Origin: Fibrobacterales bacterium
GTDB taxonomy: Bacteria; Fibrobacterota; Fibrobacteria; Fibrobacterales; JAOPTW01
Reading direction: 5' to 3'
Assembly: GCA_051532055.1 (NCBI GenBank)
Contig: JAOPTX010000044.1
Location: 1-64,000, forward strand
DNA: 64,000 nucleotides
Shown here: piece by piece, positions 1-9,985 of the stretch
How the letters are laid out: every line of letters begins with the position of its first letter
Position numbering within the stretch: the stretch's first letter is position 1
The notes under the pieces: generated by a model
Databases searched by the model: none
Seen by the model: only the letters and a program-made list of their open reading frames with translations
Told to the model about the DNA's origin: nothing
Position numbers and translations under genes: made by a program

Positions 1-2
1 GT

Positions 3-2045
3 GCATCAGAAAAAAGCTGTACAGTGATGAGCAAAAAGTGTATTGATCAGGAGTTCTATGAGGGAGAGACCTTTGTGTTTCCTGAATATGTGACCTCTTT
101 TAATAGTGCAGAACTCAGATTCTGTGCGTCCCATGAAACAGTAGTGAAGTCAAAAATTCCTGCGGTAATTTTTGTCATGGATCAATCGGGAAGTATGCGT
201 TGGACCAATGATACCAACGGGCTCAGAGCTCCTTCGGTTAAACAATCTTTAGAGCGGATGAGAAATAATTATCCAGAGATTGCTGCAGGCTTTGTTGAGT
301 TTGGTGCGTATGTGGGGTGGTCAAAAGGGATTGACGACTTGCATAAAGAACATCATTACAACTCGTTGATTTCTGGAATTGTGAATAAGGAAATATCAGG
401 TACTAATTATTATGATGCTCTTAAAAAGAGCAAAGAATATATGGATGATCTCGATTCGAGTATCTATGCACCGTATGTAGTTTTTATTACTGATGGGCGG
501 CCTTCAAGAGGCGGTACTGATGATAAAGGGTATTATGGAGAAGTGAGAGATTTACTCAATGAGTACCCCAAAGTATATCCTTTTTTCCTTGGAGATGCAT
601 TTGATGATGAAAAAAACGTTCCGGTAGGGGATGGCTCACATATGAGTACCAAAGAGATTACTGCAGATATGGCCAAACGTACTGGCGGAGATTATTATCA
701 TATTTCAAAAGAAAATACGTATGCAATGGCAGATACACTCGATAAAATAATTGAGTTTATTGTTGAAGACGTAAAACAAGGAATATCAAATATTAAAGTT
801 GATGCGAAGGGACCCGAGTCACAGTTTTCAGTTTTCTCATCAGAGATAACGGCTGATAGTGATAGTACCTGGAAGGGCGCTTTTGATTTTGCAATACCTT
901 TAGGGGTAGGTGAAAATTCAATAGATCTTGATATTTCCTATTTCAAAACTGACTCTAAGGTATTTTCTTTTACCGTAGAACGGGAAGAAGGTCTTGATGA
1001 TGAAGTATATGAAAGTGATCAATGGGATCTTGAGTGTGAGTTGATTAAGCGAGATACTATTGAATTGATGGATACGGTAACCTATGCGCCCAGTACTTTA
1101 ACATTGGTAATGGAGGAAGGGTATGGGCGAAAAGGGAGTTCTGAAATCACCGTGGTTGCGGGTAATTATGCATCTAAAAGACTTACAGTACATGCTCATT
1201 TGGAGTTCCCTGAGGGGGAAGAAATAGAATTGCGACTTGAACGCGATGAAAATGGTGATTGGGGTGTATATACTGATGATAAAGATATTCAAGAAGAATT
1301 AGAGGAGTATCAGGGTGAAGATGTGCTCTTGAAGGCGTGGTTTGTTGACCATTTTGGTGATACCATAACTACTGAATTGGAGGTACGCGTTCGTGCTGAA
1401 GAGATACTCGAAATTACAGAGGGAACACAGAGTATTTATGTGGTGAGGGGGCTTATTGATTATAGAGAAGATAATGAACAATTTGAAAGTGGTGATCTGG
1501 GTCGATATACTCAGGATACAGAAGTATTGGATCGCGCGTACATCTATCGAAAGGATGGTAAAAGAGTTCGACAGTTGTCTGGTGAAAATTATTCAGAGAG
1601 TTCACGAGAAAAAATTAGGGAGGACGCTATAGCTGGACCTTCATTTGTTCTTGAATTAGAAGCGCCAGATATTACGGGTTATGATGCTGCATTTACTGAT
1701 GAGCCGGAGTGGAAAGATGTCACAACTATTGAGATAATGTATTATGACCATTTAGGACAGTTTCTTAATAGTGCCTCCCACGTAGTATCTCTTGGTGATT
1801 TGTTTGCAGAAGATGATACTGAAGAGTTGATTCTTGAATGGGCACCGATATTGGAAAATGAAAACCTTAAATTAGTTAATAGCAAGGGAAGACAGGTTTC
1901 GACAGGAGTTATTATTGCGGTTATTAAGAGTGTCACTCATTTGACATTAAATAATGACGTTGCTGATTTGGAAGAAGGGTTGGTGCAAGTTCTTACGAGT
2001 GGGGTGTCCTATCGATTTGGATATATCCGCTCTGAACGAAAATAA
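3..2045 (+). CDS. vWA (MIDAS) domain exported protein with Fibrobacterota/fibro-slime-like C-terminal domain; probably 5'-truncated by the window edge
   Basis: VIFVMDQSGSM (DxSxS), GTNYYDAL and VVFITDGRP are vWA motifs. The frame is open from base 3. C-terminus reads YYDHLGQFLN...GRQVSTGVII...FGYIR. Confidence 0.75.
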   Translation, partial: ASEKSCTVMSKKCIDQEFYEGETFVFPEYVTSFNSAELRFCASHETVVKSKIPAVIFVMDQSGSMRWTNDTNGLRAPSVKQSLERMRNNYPEIAAGFVEFGAYVGWSKGIDDLHKEHHYNSLISGIVNKEISGTNYYDALKKSKEYMDDLDSSIYAPYVVFITDGRPSRGGTDDKGYYGEVRDLLNEYPKVYPFFLGDAFDDEKNVPVGDGSHMSTKEITADMAKRTGGDYYHISKENTYAMADTLDKIIEFIVEDVKQGISNIKVDAKGPESQFSVFSSEITADSDSTWKGAFDFAIPLGVGENSIDLDISYFKTDSKVFSFTVEREEGLDDEVYESDQWDLECELIKRDTIELMDTVTYAPSTLTLVMEEGYGRKGSSEITVVAGNYASKRLTVHAHLEFPEGEEIELRLERDENGDWGVYTDDKDIQEELEEYQGEDVLLKAWFVDHFGDTITTELEVRVRAEEILEITEGTQSIYVVRGLIDYREDNEQFESGDLGRYTQDTEVLDRAYIYRKDGKRVRQLSGENYSESSREKIREDAIAGPSFVLELEAPDITGYDAAFTDEPEWKDVTTIEIMYYDHLGQFLNSASHVVSLGDLFAEDDTEELILEWAPILENENLKLVNSKGRQVSTGVIIAVIKSVTHLTLNNDVADLEEGLVQVLTSGVSYRFGYIRSERK

Positions 2046-2367
2046 TCCCCAATACATCCACTTTTCAATCAATGGGCCTAATAGTACTCCTACATATTGT
2101 GTTTTTGTAGAGCTCTCTGGAATTAGGTCTATGGAGATTATTTTAGGGGTTTCGCTCATATTGCATAAATGTTGAGTATTAAGTGGCGTGAAATGCCGAA
2201 ATGTATGATTTTTTATATCTACTTAAGACAAGTTGTAATAGTACCTTACAGATGTGTGCCTAATATTGGAATCAATATTTCGAATTACCTACTAATTGAT
2301 TAATTGCATTGCATTAGAATGGGGATATGTGATATTATAAAATCGTAGGTATTGGTTTATTGATTAT

Positions 2368-5300
2368 ATGAATAGGAATAGAAATAATAAGAACATTTTT
2401 CTTTTTGCTTCAGTTGTAGCGGTTATGTTGAGCATAACTATTTTGGGAACAGTGACAACAAATAAGCTTGAATATGATGATCATCTTGAAAAGTTTACGT
2501 TATTAGCAAATAGTAAAATTGAGCGGCTGGCAAATAAGTTAAGTAACCTGACAAATATTGAGCTGGAGGGGTTGGCGACCTTTTATAGTGGCGCAGAAAA
2601 TATAACTGCTGAACAGTTTATGCACTATAGTAAGCATTTGTTGAATAATTCTTCAATACTGGCTTGGGAGTGGATAGAGGCAGTACCTGAAGAAAATAAA
2701 GAGGAATTTGAACAATCAGTTCGTAATTCAGGTGTGCAAAATTTTTCAATCGGTGAGAAAAATAACCTGGGAAAACGAATAGATGTTGTTAGCCGGGATT
2801 GGTATTATCCAGTTTTACATATTAACCCATTAAAAGGGAACGAACAAGCGTTAGGGTTTGATCTTGGCTCTGAACCATTGCGTCGTAAAGCGTTGCTCGA
2901 GGCATTGCAAACAAAAGAAGCTACGGCAACAGAGGCAATTACCTTGGTACAGGAAACAGGTACACAAAAAGGTATGCTGGTGTATCGTCCGGTTTATTAT
3001 GAAGGGGATTCATTAATAATACGAGGGTTTGCCTTGGCAGTACTGCGCATCGGTTCATTGCTCGAGAGTATTGGGCCTCATACAATAGCTCATATGGAAT
3101 TGAAAACACAACAAAAAAATGGAACATCAAAAGTGTTGGCTAGAACATTTGATAGTACTGAAGTCAATGAAGAAAATCAAATATCATTTCAACGGACATT
3201 ATCATATTTTGGTAAAACATTTGTTGTGGTTGCATATGCGGGTAAAGAGTTCGTTCGCCTACACCCTAAACGGCTGGGATTATATACAGGAGTGACAGGG
3301 GTGGGGATAACCCTAATTCTAATAGCATTTTTTGCTTTAATAATGCGACGCCGTGAGGCGCTGGAGCTTGAAATAAGGGTAAGAACTAGAGACCTACAGG
3401 AAAATAAAGAGCGGCTTGAACTCTTGGCTGAACAGAGTCGGACAATTACATGGGAAATAGATGAAACAGGTCTTTTTACCTTTATTAGTAATACGGTAAA
3501 ACAGGTTTTAGGATATTCTCCCGAACAAGTAATCGGTAAAAAATATTTTTATGAAATGTATGCAATAGATAATTATGACGAGTTAGTTGAAACGTATCAA
3601 GAAATGAGTAAAAGGAAGGAATCATTTGTTAATATAGAGAATTTTTCAACTACTCTTGAGGGAAATGAAATTTGGCTATCAACGAATGGAATTCCTCGGT
3701 TGAATGAAGCAGGTGAATTGTTGGGGTACCGGGGGACCTACATTGATATTACTGAACGTAAAGTTGCTCAGATTACTCAGGATGAACTCCGTATAGCTTT
3801 AGACTCCCACTGTATAGTTGCCATAACAAATTTCAAAGGTGATATTACTTATGTTAATGATAAGTTTTGTGTTTTATCAAAGTATACAAGAGAAGAGTTA
3901 CTCGGTAAAAACCATCGCATAATTTGCTCCGGCTATCACCCAAAATCTTTTTTTAATAACCTTTGGAATACAATATTACAAGGCAGTATTTGGAAAGGGG
4001 AAATAAAAAATAAAGCAAAAGATGGTTCATTTTACTGGGTGCAAACTACCATAGTTCCCTTTTTAGACGCCCATGGAACACCGCGCCAATTTGTAGCAAT
4101 TCGAACTGATATAACTGAGCGTAAACGAGTAGAATATGAACTGGGGTCAGCAAAGGAGTCTGCAGAGGCTGCAAACTCTGCAAAATCTGAGTTTCTAGCA
4201 AATATGAGTCACGAGATTCGAACACCAATGAATGCAATTATCGGATTAAGTAGTTTAACCCTGGAATCTGACCTTAATGAGCTACAGCGTGATTCGTTGA
4301 AAAAAATATATTACTCTTCAAAAATGCTATTGGGAATAATCAATGATATATTGGACTATTCAAAAATTGAGGCGGGGAAACTTGAACTTGATATTCATGA
4401 ATTCTCTCTTGATGACATCTTAAATCAGGTGAGAGTTCTATTTGGTACAGCTGTTGATGAAAAAGGCTTGGAGCTGTATTTTAAGGTGGCAGCAGAAATA
4501 CCTCCATTGTTGATGGGCGACTCTTTAAGGCTGGGTCAGGTATTTATTAACCTTGTTGGTAATGCTATAAAGTTTACAGAAAAGGGTTGGGTAGAGGTAG
4601 ACATTATTTATTTAAATGGAAATGATAATGAAGTTCAGATTCGTTTTGAAGTTAATGATAGTGGTATTGGCTTAGCCTTAGATGAGCAGCAAAAATTATT
4701 CAAAGCCTTTGCGCAAGCCGATGCGTCGACAACGAGAAAATTTGGAGGTACTGGCCTTGGCTTGGTAATAAGTAGTAAGTTAGTTCAAGCTATGGGGGGA
4801 GAGCTTGCAGTAAAATCTGAGCAGGGTAAAGGAAGTACATTTTACTTTGATGTTACCTTATTAGTCTCTAAAGGTAAGAAGATTGTAAATAAACGGTCTG
4901 AATTAAGTAATCAACAATTAAACGTATTAGTTGTTGATGATCAGGAAATATCTCGTAGAGTAATAATAAAAATATTGAATAGTTGGAATGTTGACGTTTC
5001 AGAAGCAAACAATGGTGCTGATGCCATAACTGCGGTTGTTGAAGCAGAAAAAATAAATAATCCATTTGATATTATTCTCATGGATTGGAATATGCCGGGG
5101 GAGCTAAATGGTGTACAGACGATTGATAAAATTAGCCAATTAAGAGCATCGAAAACATTGACTAATACACAGACGCCGGTACTCATTGTGAGTGGGTATC
5201 AACGAAAAGATATTCCAAGTGGAATAGCTCCAATTAATGGTTTTTTACAAAAGCCGATAACAAAAGCACTTTTGTATGATTCAATGGTAGAGGCAATGGG

Positions 5301-6354
5301 TACTCATCAAAGTGGCGGATTTACTTCTCAGGAAGTTGTGATACCTTTTCTGAAAGGTTCATCCGTTCTGTTAGTAGAAGATAATGAATTGAATCAGGAG
5401 GTAGCTCGGCGCTGGATTGGCAAGACAGAAGTCTCACTATCTATTGCTAATAATGGATTGGAAGCTGTTGATTTAGTAGAAAATCATGAATTTGATTTAG
5501 TATTAATGGATCTACAAATGCCGGTTATGGATGGGTTTGAAGCAACAAGAGTTATTCGCAAATGGTTTCCGGATATGCCAATTGTGGCTCTGTCTGCTGC
5601 TGTATTGGAGGCAGATAGGGTAAAGTCAAGGCAAGCAGGGATGAATGGGCATTTGGGGAAGCCTATAGATGAGCAGGAACTTTACAAAGTTATGGCACGA
5701 TGGTTAAAAAAAAGCAGGCAGCCTGAAAGTAGCAAATCAGTTAAAAATACTGAGGTTGTAACAGAACTCCCTGATGAATTGAATGGGTTTGATGTTTCAA
5801 GAGGCCTCAGTTCTGCAGATAATGATCCTCTGTTTTATAATAAACTATTACATGCTTTTAAAAAACAATTAAAAAATGAATTTCTAGATGTTGTAGCTAT
5901 GATTCAGAACAATGATAGTAAGGTTAAAGATTTAGTTCATACCTTCAAGGGCATTGCTGGGACAGTTGGCGCTACTGACATCGAACAACTATTAATTTCC
6001 ATTGATGGCGCTTATAAGACAGATGATGAAATACCAAAAGAGGTAATTACACAGCTAGATTCGGAAATCAAGAGAATCAAAAAATCTTTAGAAACACTGA
6101 GTATTCATAATCATGATGATATGACACTCTCAAATGATCAAGGTAATAACCTGATACTAAATTTGCTTACAACATTACAGAATAGTGAATTAGTAGACGA
6201 TAAAGATTTGGCCCATGTTGCCAAATTTATTACAAGTATTTTAGGAGAGGGGGCCTTTGATGAACTCAAAGAGCTTATTGAGGCATATGAACACGAAAAA
6301 GCTTTTATAGTGCTGACTGCAATAAGTGAACGTATAGGGGGTACAGTATCATGA
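2368..6354 (+). CDS. Hybrid sensor histidine kinase (TM-CHASE-TM-PAS-PAS-HisKA-HATPase-REC-REC-HPt)
   Basis: CHASE motif GFDLGSEPLRRKAL; H-box FLANMSHEIRTPMN; NLVGNAIKFT, DSGIG and GGTGLGL; two receiver domains; HPt motif VHTFKGIAGTVGA. Confidence 0.93.
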   Translation: MNRNRNNKNIFLFASVVAVMLSITILGTVTTNKLEYDDHLEKFTLLANSKIERLANKLSNLTNIELEGLATFYSGAENITAEQFMHYSKHLLNNSSILAWEWIEAVPEENKEEFEQSVRNSGVQNFSIGEKNNLGKRIDVVSRDWYYPVLHINPLKGNEQALGFDLGSEPLRRKALLEALQTKEATATEAITLVQETGTQKGMLVYRPVYYEGDSLIIRGFALAVLRIGSLLESIGPHTIAHMELKTQQKNGTSKVLARTFDSTEVNEENQISFQRTLSYFGKTFVVVAYAGKEFVRLHPKRLGLYTGVTGVGITLILIAFFALIMRRREALELEIRVRTRDLQENKERLELLAEQSRTITWEIDETGLFTFISNTVKQVLGYSPEQVIGKKYFYEMYAIDNYDELVETYQEMSKRKESFVNIENFSTTLEGNEIWLSTNGIPRLNEAGELLGYRGTYIDITERKVAQITQDELRIALDSHCIVAITNFKGDITYVNDKFCVLSKYTREELLGKNHRIICSGYHPKSFFNNLWNTILQGSIWKGEIKNKAKDGSFYWVQTTIVPFLDAHGTPRQFVAIRTDITERKRVEYELGSAKESAEAANSAKSEFLANMSHEIRTPMNAIIGLSSLTLESDLNELQRDSLKKIYYSSKMLLGIINDILDYSKIEAGKLELDIHEFSLDDILNQVRVLFGTAVDEKGLELYFKVAAEIPPLLMGDSLRLGQVFINLVGNAIKFTEKGWVEVDIIYLNGNDNEVQIRFEVNDSGIGLALDEQQKLFKAFAQADASTTRKFGGTGLGLVISSKLVQAMGGELAVKSEQGKGSTFYFDVTLLVSKGKKIVNKRSELSNQQLNVLVVDDQEISRRVIIKILNSWNVDVSEANNGADAITAVVEAEKINNPFDIILMDWNMPGELNGVQTIDKISQLRASKTLTNTQTPVLIVSGYQRKDIPSGIAPINGFLQKPITKALLYDSMVEAMGTHQSGGFTSQEVVIPFLKGSSVLLVEDNELNQEVARRWIGKTEVSLSIANNGLEAVDLVENHEFDLVLMDLQMPVMDGFEATRVIRKWFPDMPIVALSAAVLEADRVKSRQAGMNGHLGKPIDEQELYKVMARWLKKSRQPESSKSVKNTEVVTELPDELNGFDVSRGLSSADNDPLFYNKLLHAFKKQLKNEFLDVVAMIQNNDSKVKDLVHTFKGIAGTVGATDIEQLLISIDGAYKTDDEIPKEVITQLDSEIKRIKKSLETLSIHNHDDMTLSNDQGNNLILNLLTTLQNSELVDDKDLAHVAKFITSILGEGAFDELKELIEAYEHEKAFIVLTAISERIGGTVS

Positions 6355-7292
6355 ATGAGACAGAATACGAGTATCAGCCTACTATTTTAATTGTGGACGA
6401 CCAACCGGTAAATATTCAAGTATTATCAAACCTGTTAAAAGGGACCTACCGTATTATTATAGCTAATAACGGCGTTAAAGCATTAGAGTTGGCTGGAGGG
6501 ACCTTATCGCCAACACTTATTTTACTTGATATCACTATGCCGGATATGGATGGGTATGAAGTGTGTCGTCATTTGAAGAGTGATAAAAAAACAGAGGGGA
6601 TTCCGGTGATATTTGTTACTGGCCGGAGCTCTGCTGAAGATGAAGAAGAGGGGTTTAGTATTGGGGCTTCTGATTATATTAGTAAGCCTTTTCGACCCAT
6701 GGTAGTTCGAGCACGGGTTCGAACACAGGTTGATCTTAAAATTCGAACAGATGCATTGGAAAAACTGGCATTGTACGATGGGCTTACCAATATTCACAAT
6801 AGGCACTCGTTTGAAGATCATTACAAAAAATTATGGAATGCATGTAAAAGAAACAAGAGTTTTATTAATGTTATGATGATAGATATTGATTATTTTAAAG
6901 CATATAATGATAATTATGGTCATGGATCTGGTGATAATTGCTTAAGAATTGTTGCTAAGGCTTTAAAACAGTCCTTGAAGCGTCCATTGGATTTTATTGC
7001 TCGTTACGGAGGAGAGGAATTTGTTGTGGTTACACCTGATACCAATTCAGGGGGAGCTGCACGCGTTGCAGAACATTTGTTGCAAGGTGTCCGTGGTTGT
7101 GGGTTAATACATGAATACTCTTCGGCCTCTTCCGTAGTTTCAATATCAATTGGATACGTGACGATACAATTACCTAATGCAACCATTGACCATATCGATC
7201 TTTTAAAAAAAGCAGACGAGGCGTTATACACTGCTAAAAAATCAGGAAGAGACTGCGCTCATTATCATGACTTAAATACCCAAATGTTATAA
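6351..7292 (+). CDS. Response regulator diguanylate cyclase (REC-GGDEF)
   Basis: ILIVDD...LLDITMP...KPF receiver; DIDYFKAYND; RPLD I-site and RYGGEEF; ATGA overlap with the kinase. Confidence 0.93.
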   Translation: MNETEYEYQPTILIVDDQPVNIQVLSNLLKGTYRIIIANNGVKALELAGGTLSPTLILLDITMPDMDGYEVCRHLKSDKKTEGIPVIFVTGRSSAEDEEEGFSIGASDYISKPFRPMVVRARVRTQVDLKIRTDALEKLALYDGLTNIHNRHSFEDHYKKLWNACKRNKSFINVMMIDIDYFKAYNDNYGHGSGDNCLRIVAKALKQSLKRPLDFIARYGGEEFVVVTPDTNSGGAARVAEHLLQGVRGCGLIHEYSSASSVVSISIGYVTIQLPNATIDHIDLLKKADEALYTAKKSGRDCAHYHDLNTQML

Positions 7293-7378
7293 ATGTATTA
7301 GTGGGGTTTGAAGCGTGTTCGATAATGCCTTTTCACTGGTTTAATGAATATTTACGAGGTATACGTTAGGCAAGATCT

Positions 7379-7783
7379 CTAGTTTCCAGTCTTAAAAGGT
7401 TTCTTTAAGAGCCTATAATAATACCCCCACAAGAAATTAAACGACACAAATGTTCCCAGAAACCCCCAGATGATAGGGGGTTGATTCCCAGAAAATATGG
7501 TAAGGACAATACCAAGAATAGCAGCACTCGACCAGATGAGTTTCATACTGAGCAGTGATATAAATGTCTCTTTTGTGTCATCTCTACTTAAGAGAGATTG
7601 ACCACCAATACCAATGAGTGCAGCCCCCGTAAGACGAACAGTGAGTTCGTTAATTTCTGACCATCCAAAGATCTGCATGGTAAAAACAGGAGCAAACATC
7701 AGGGGTAGTGCAAATATAAAATCTGCAATGAAATGAACAAGAAACCAGCGTTTGAGACTTTGAGGTACTTCTGAAGTTGTCAT
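7379..7783 (-). CDS. Small integral membrane protein (about 4 TM), function unknown
   Basis: 134-aa ORF with four hydrophobic segments and a GGGAG RBS upstream. Confidence 0.7.
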   Translation of the reverse strand: MTTSEVPQSLKRWFLVHFIADFIFALPLMFAPVFTMQIFGWSEINELTVRLTGAALIGIGGQSLLSRDDTKETFISLLSMKLIWSSAAILGIVLTIFSGNQPPIIWGFLGTFVSFNFLWGYYYRLLKKPFKTGN

Positions 7784-7882
7784 AGTTTCTCCCTAATAAG
7801 AGTGGTGCAATCGATTTTACTACAATATGCATTATTAAATCTATGAGTTAGTCTTTAAACTGGCCTGAACCTTACAGGAAAT

Positions 7883-7910
7883 AAAAAAGGTTGTAGCATA
7901 ACTACAACCT
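7883..7910 (-). terminator. Rho-independent terminator of ORF 7938-8393
   Basis: aggttgtag-cataa-ctacaacct stem preceded by A6 on + (U-tract on -). Confidence 0.7.
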
Positions 7911-7937
7911 ATTGAAAATTGAATAATTGAATGAAAT

Positions 7938-8393
7938 CTATTTATTTTCTTCTCTCTGTAAGAAGGAAGAAAGGTCGAGTTCGTGAAGGGTGTTTTGGTC
8001 TTTATACATCTGGATTTTCAATACAAAAAATGTGGAGTAGAGGCTCTGAGATAAGTGGTGACTATCTACTTGGGATAAGGTGCCGTCGAGAGTGCGTTTT
8101 TCTATGTGCTGTTTAATCTCATGTGCAAGGCTCTCTAGTGCTATAGGGTCGTTTAATTGACCTACTGATTGAGTGATGCAGTACTCTTTTTCAAAGGATT
8201 CAGTAGGTCGAAGAGAATCGAAAATAAACTGAAACCAGTTGAGGTATGGGTACTTGTTTTTAGGGGTTACTTCTTCGAATTCAAATAGTTTTGGTAATAT
8301 CTCTTGAGCAACCTCTTGAATGTTACTTGGTAATTTAAGCGCATTAAATATAACGCTGCAAAATTGTTGAACTGCTGGTGTTGGATCGATCAT
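7938..8393 (-). CDS. Hypothetical protein
   Basis: 151-aa ORF filling the gap and followed by a terminator; no recognisable motif. Confidence 0.6.
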   Translation of the reverse strand: MIDPTPAVQQFCSVIFNALKLPSNIQEVAQEILPKLFEFEEVTPKNKYPYLNWFQFIFDSLRPTESFEKEYCITQSVGQLNDPIALESLAHEIKQHIEKRTLDGTLSQVDSHHLSQSLYSTFFVLKIQMYKDQNTLHELDLSSFLQREENK

Positions 8394-8601
8394 AATATGT
8401 CTGCTTTGTGCTCACTATGGTGTGGGTGTAACTTGCCTCTTTCGGTCTTAATTTAAGCGAAATACTCTATAAACAAAGTTAAATAACAGTTTACTTAACT
8501 CTTTCGGGCTCTTTTACCTAGTTGCGAGATTATAAGTTTTGGGGTGACAAAAATTGACAATGCAGTTGATCTATCTTTTGTTTAAACTACAGGAGGTACA
8601 A

Positions 8602-8922
8602 ATGTGTACTCAATTTGAAATGATGTGTGATACGTGTGGATTAGAATCAACAGTAGCAGGTGGGGAATTTTTAGGCAATTCGGGTAAAAAATTTATCACA
8701 ATGTACTGTCATGAGTGTAATACCCTTGAGGATATTTATGTAGGTGAGGTATGGGATGAACCACTTATTTTAAAAGAGAAGCGTGCTAATGGAGGTTCGC
8801 TTATTGATAAATGTCCTTGTTGTCATGGAGATTCTTTAACGCTTTGGACAGAAGGAGAGGCATGTCCTTGTTGTGGTGGAGATATTGAACTCACGGGTAG
8901 AGTTTACGAATATACTGCTTAA
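8602..8922 (+). CDS. Small Cys-rich, probable double zinc-ribbon protein
   Basis: AGGAGG RBS before ATG 8602; CDTC, CHEC, CPCC and CPCC pairs. Confidence 0.75.
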   Translation: MCTQFEMMCDTCGLESTVAGGEFLGNSGKKFITMYCHECNTLEDIYVGEVWDEPLILKEKRANGGSLIDKCPCCHGDSLTLWTEGEACPCCGGDIELTGRVYEYTA

Positions 8923-9230
8923 AGCTCTTGAATTAAAACGAAGGGGCTAATGATAAGGGTGTTAAATGTTGCTCCGGCAGTATCCCACTGAGCTATTTGA
9001 GATTCAAGGGGTTTGCCTAAGTTTCCTGCAGTTATTTCTTGAGAAATAGCTTCTGAATTGTCCTCAGCAATGTGAGTGCCGATTGAGATAAAGTCGAGAG
9101 CTTTTGATGCAAGTATTACTGCATCGCGTTCAAAATGAGGACGAATGTGTTCCCATGAGACAGGGGCACATTCACGGGCTAATTTCTCAGCGGTAGTCTC
9201 ATCTGGTTCTGGAGTAACAGGGTCTTGCAT
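8919..9230 (-). CDS. DUF2288 family protein
   Basis: W..IRPHFERDAVI...LD...G..IAED...W......F..LIISPFVLIQE pattern recalled for DUF2288. Confidence 0.75.
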   Translation of the reverse strand: MQDPVTPEPDETTAEKLARECAPVSWEHIRPHFERDAVILASKALDFISIGTHIAEDNSEAISQEITAGNLGKPLESQIAQWDTAGATFNTLIISPFVLIQEL

Positions 9231-9250
9231 TTTTATTTTACTCCAGTATA

Positions 9251-9817
9251 TTACGCTTTAGCTACAAATTTTGAGGTTTCTGGGTCGACTTTAATAGAAT
9301 CTCCCTGACCTACAGACTCAGGGACTTGAATATCAATGCCATTAGAGAGTTTTGCCGGTTTATTACGGCTACTTGCAAATGCACCTTTTTCTACAGGAGC
9401 AGTCTCTTCTACCGACAGAGTAATAAATTCAGGTAATTCGAGTCCAACCATGTTTTCGTCGACAATAAGAGAGTACATGCCATCGAGGTCTTCATGAACC
9501 CACTTTAATTGGTCTGCGATTTCCAGTGAGCCAATAAAGTACTGCTCATAGTTTTCTACATCCATAAAGGTGACCATGTCGGCGTCCGTGAAGGAGTATT
9601 GGACTTTTCTGCGAATAAGGTCGACATCTTCAATAAAATCACCACCTTTATAGCCTTCCTCGACTTTGAGCCCTGTTTTGAGATTGGTATAGCGGACTTT
9701 ATAGAGGGTGACAGCTCCTCGAGAAGAGGGGCTCTGGACATCAATGTTAACAACTTTTAACAATTGGCCCTTGATGGTAACAATATTGCCCCTTTTTAAT
9801 ACATTCGCGTTTGGCAT
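9251..9817 (-). CDS. efpL: Elongation factor P-like protein EfpL (YeiP)
   Basis: EF-P fold and length. Tip loop QSPSSRGAVTLYKVR is EfpL type (Arg tip), not PGKG. FMDVENYEQ and KPAKLSNG..IQVP also fit. Confidence 0.85.
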   Translation of the reverse strand: MPNANVLKRGNIVTIKGQLLKVVNIDVQSPSSRGAVTLYKVRYTNLKTGLKVEEGYKGGDFIEDVDLIRRKVQYSFTDADMVTFMDVENYEQYFIGSLEIADQLKWVHEDLDGMYSLIVDENMVGLELPEFITLSVEETAPVEKGAFASSRNKPAKLSNGIDIQVPESVGQGDSIKVDPETSKFVAKA

Positions 9818-9985
9818 TGATATTTTCCTGTTGGTTGCTTATTCTTTAGGCACATATGGAACGGAGGAGTCCTTTCGCATTAGTGCTCACTAATGATAAT
9901 AAAGTTTTACATAAAATTGTATCGAGGTTAAGTACATTTACGTTTCTACATGATTATGGTTGCTTAGATTTAGAAATTTTATTGT

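Noticed and set aside
7365..7371. GCCTAAC on the - strand 7 bp after the stop of ORF 7379-7783, resembling an attC R'' box
   Set aside because: No matching GTTRRRY or complementary arm within about 150 bp downstream, so it cannot form an attC hairpin.
8437..8507. Direct repeat CTCTTTCGG (two copies), possibly tandem sigma-28 -10 boxes
   Set aside because: No TAAA at the right spacing; two 9-mers are weak evidence.
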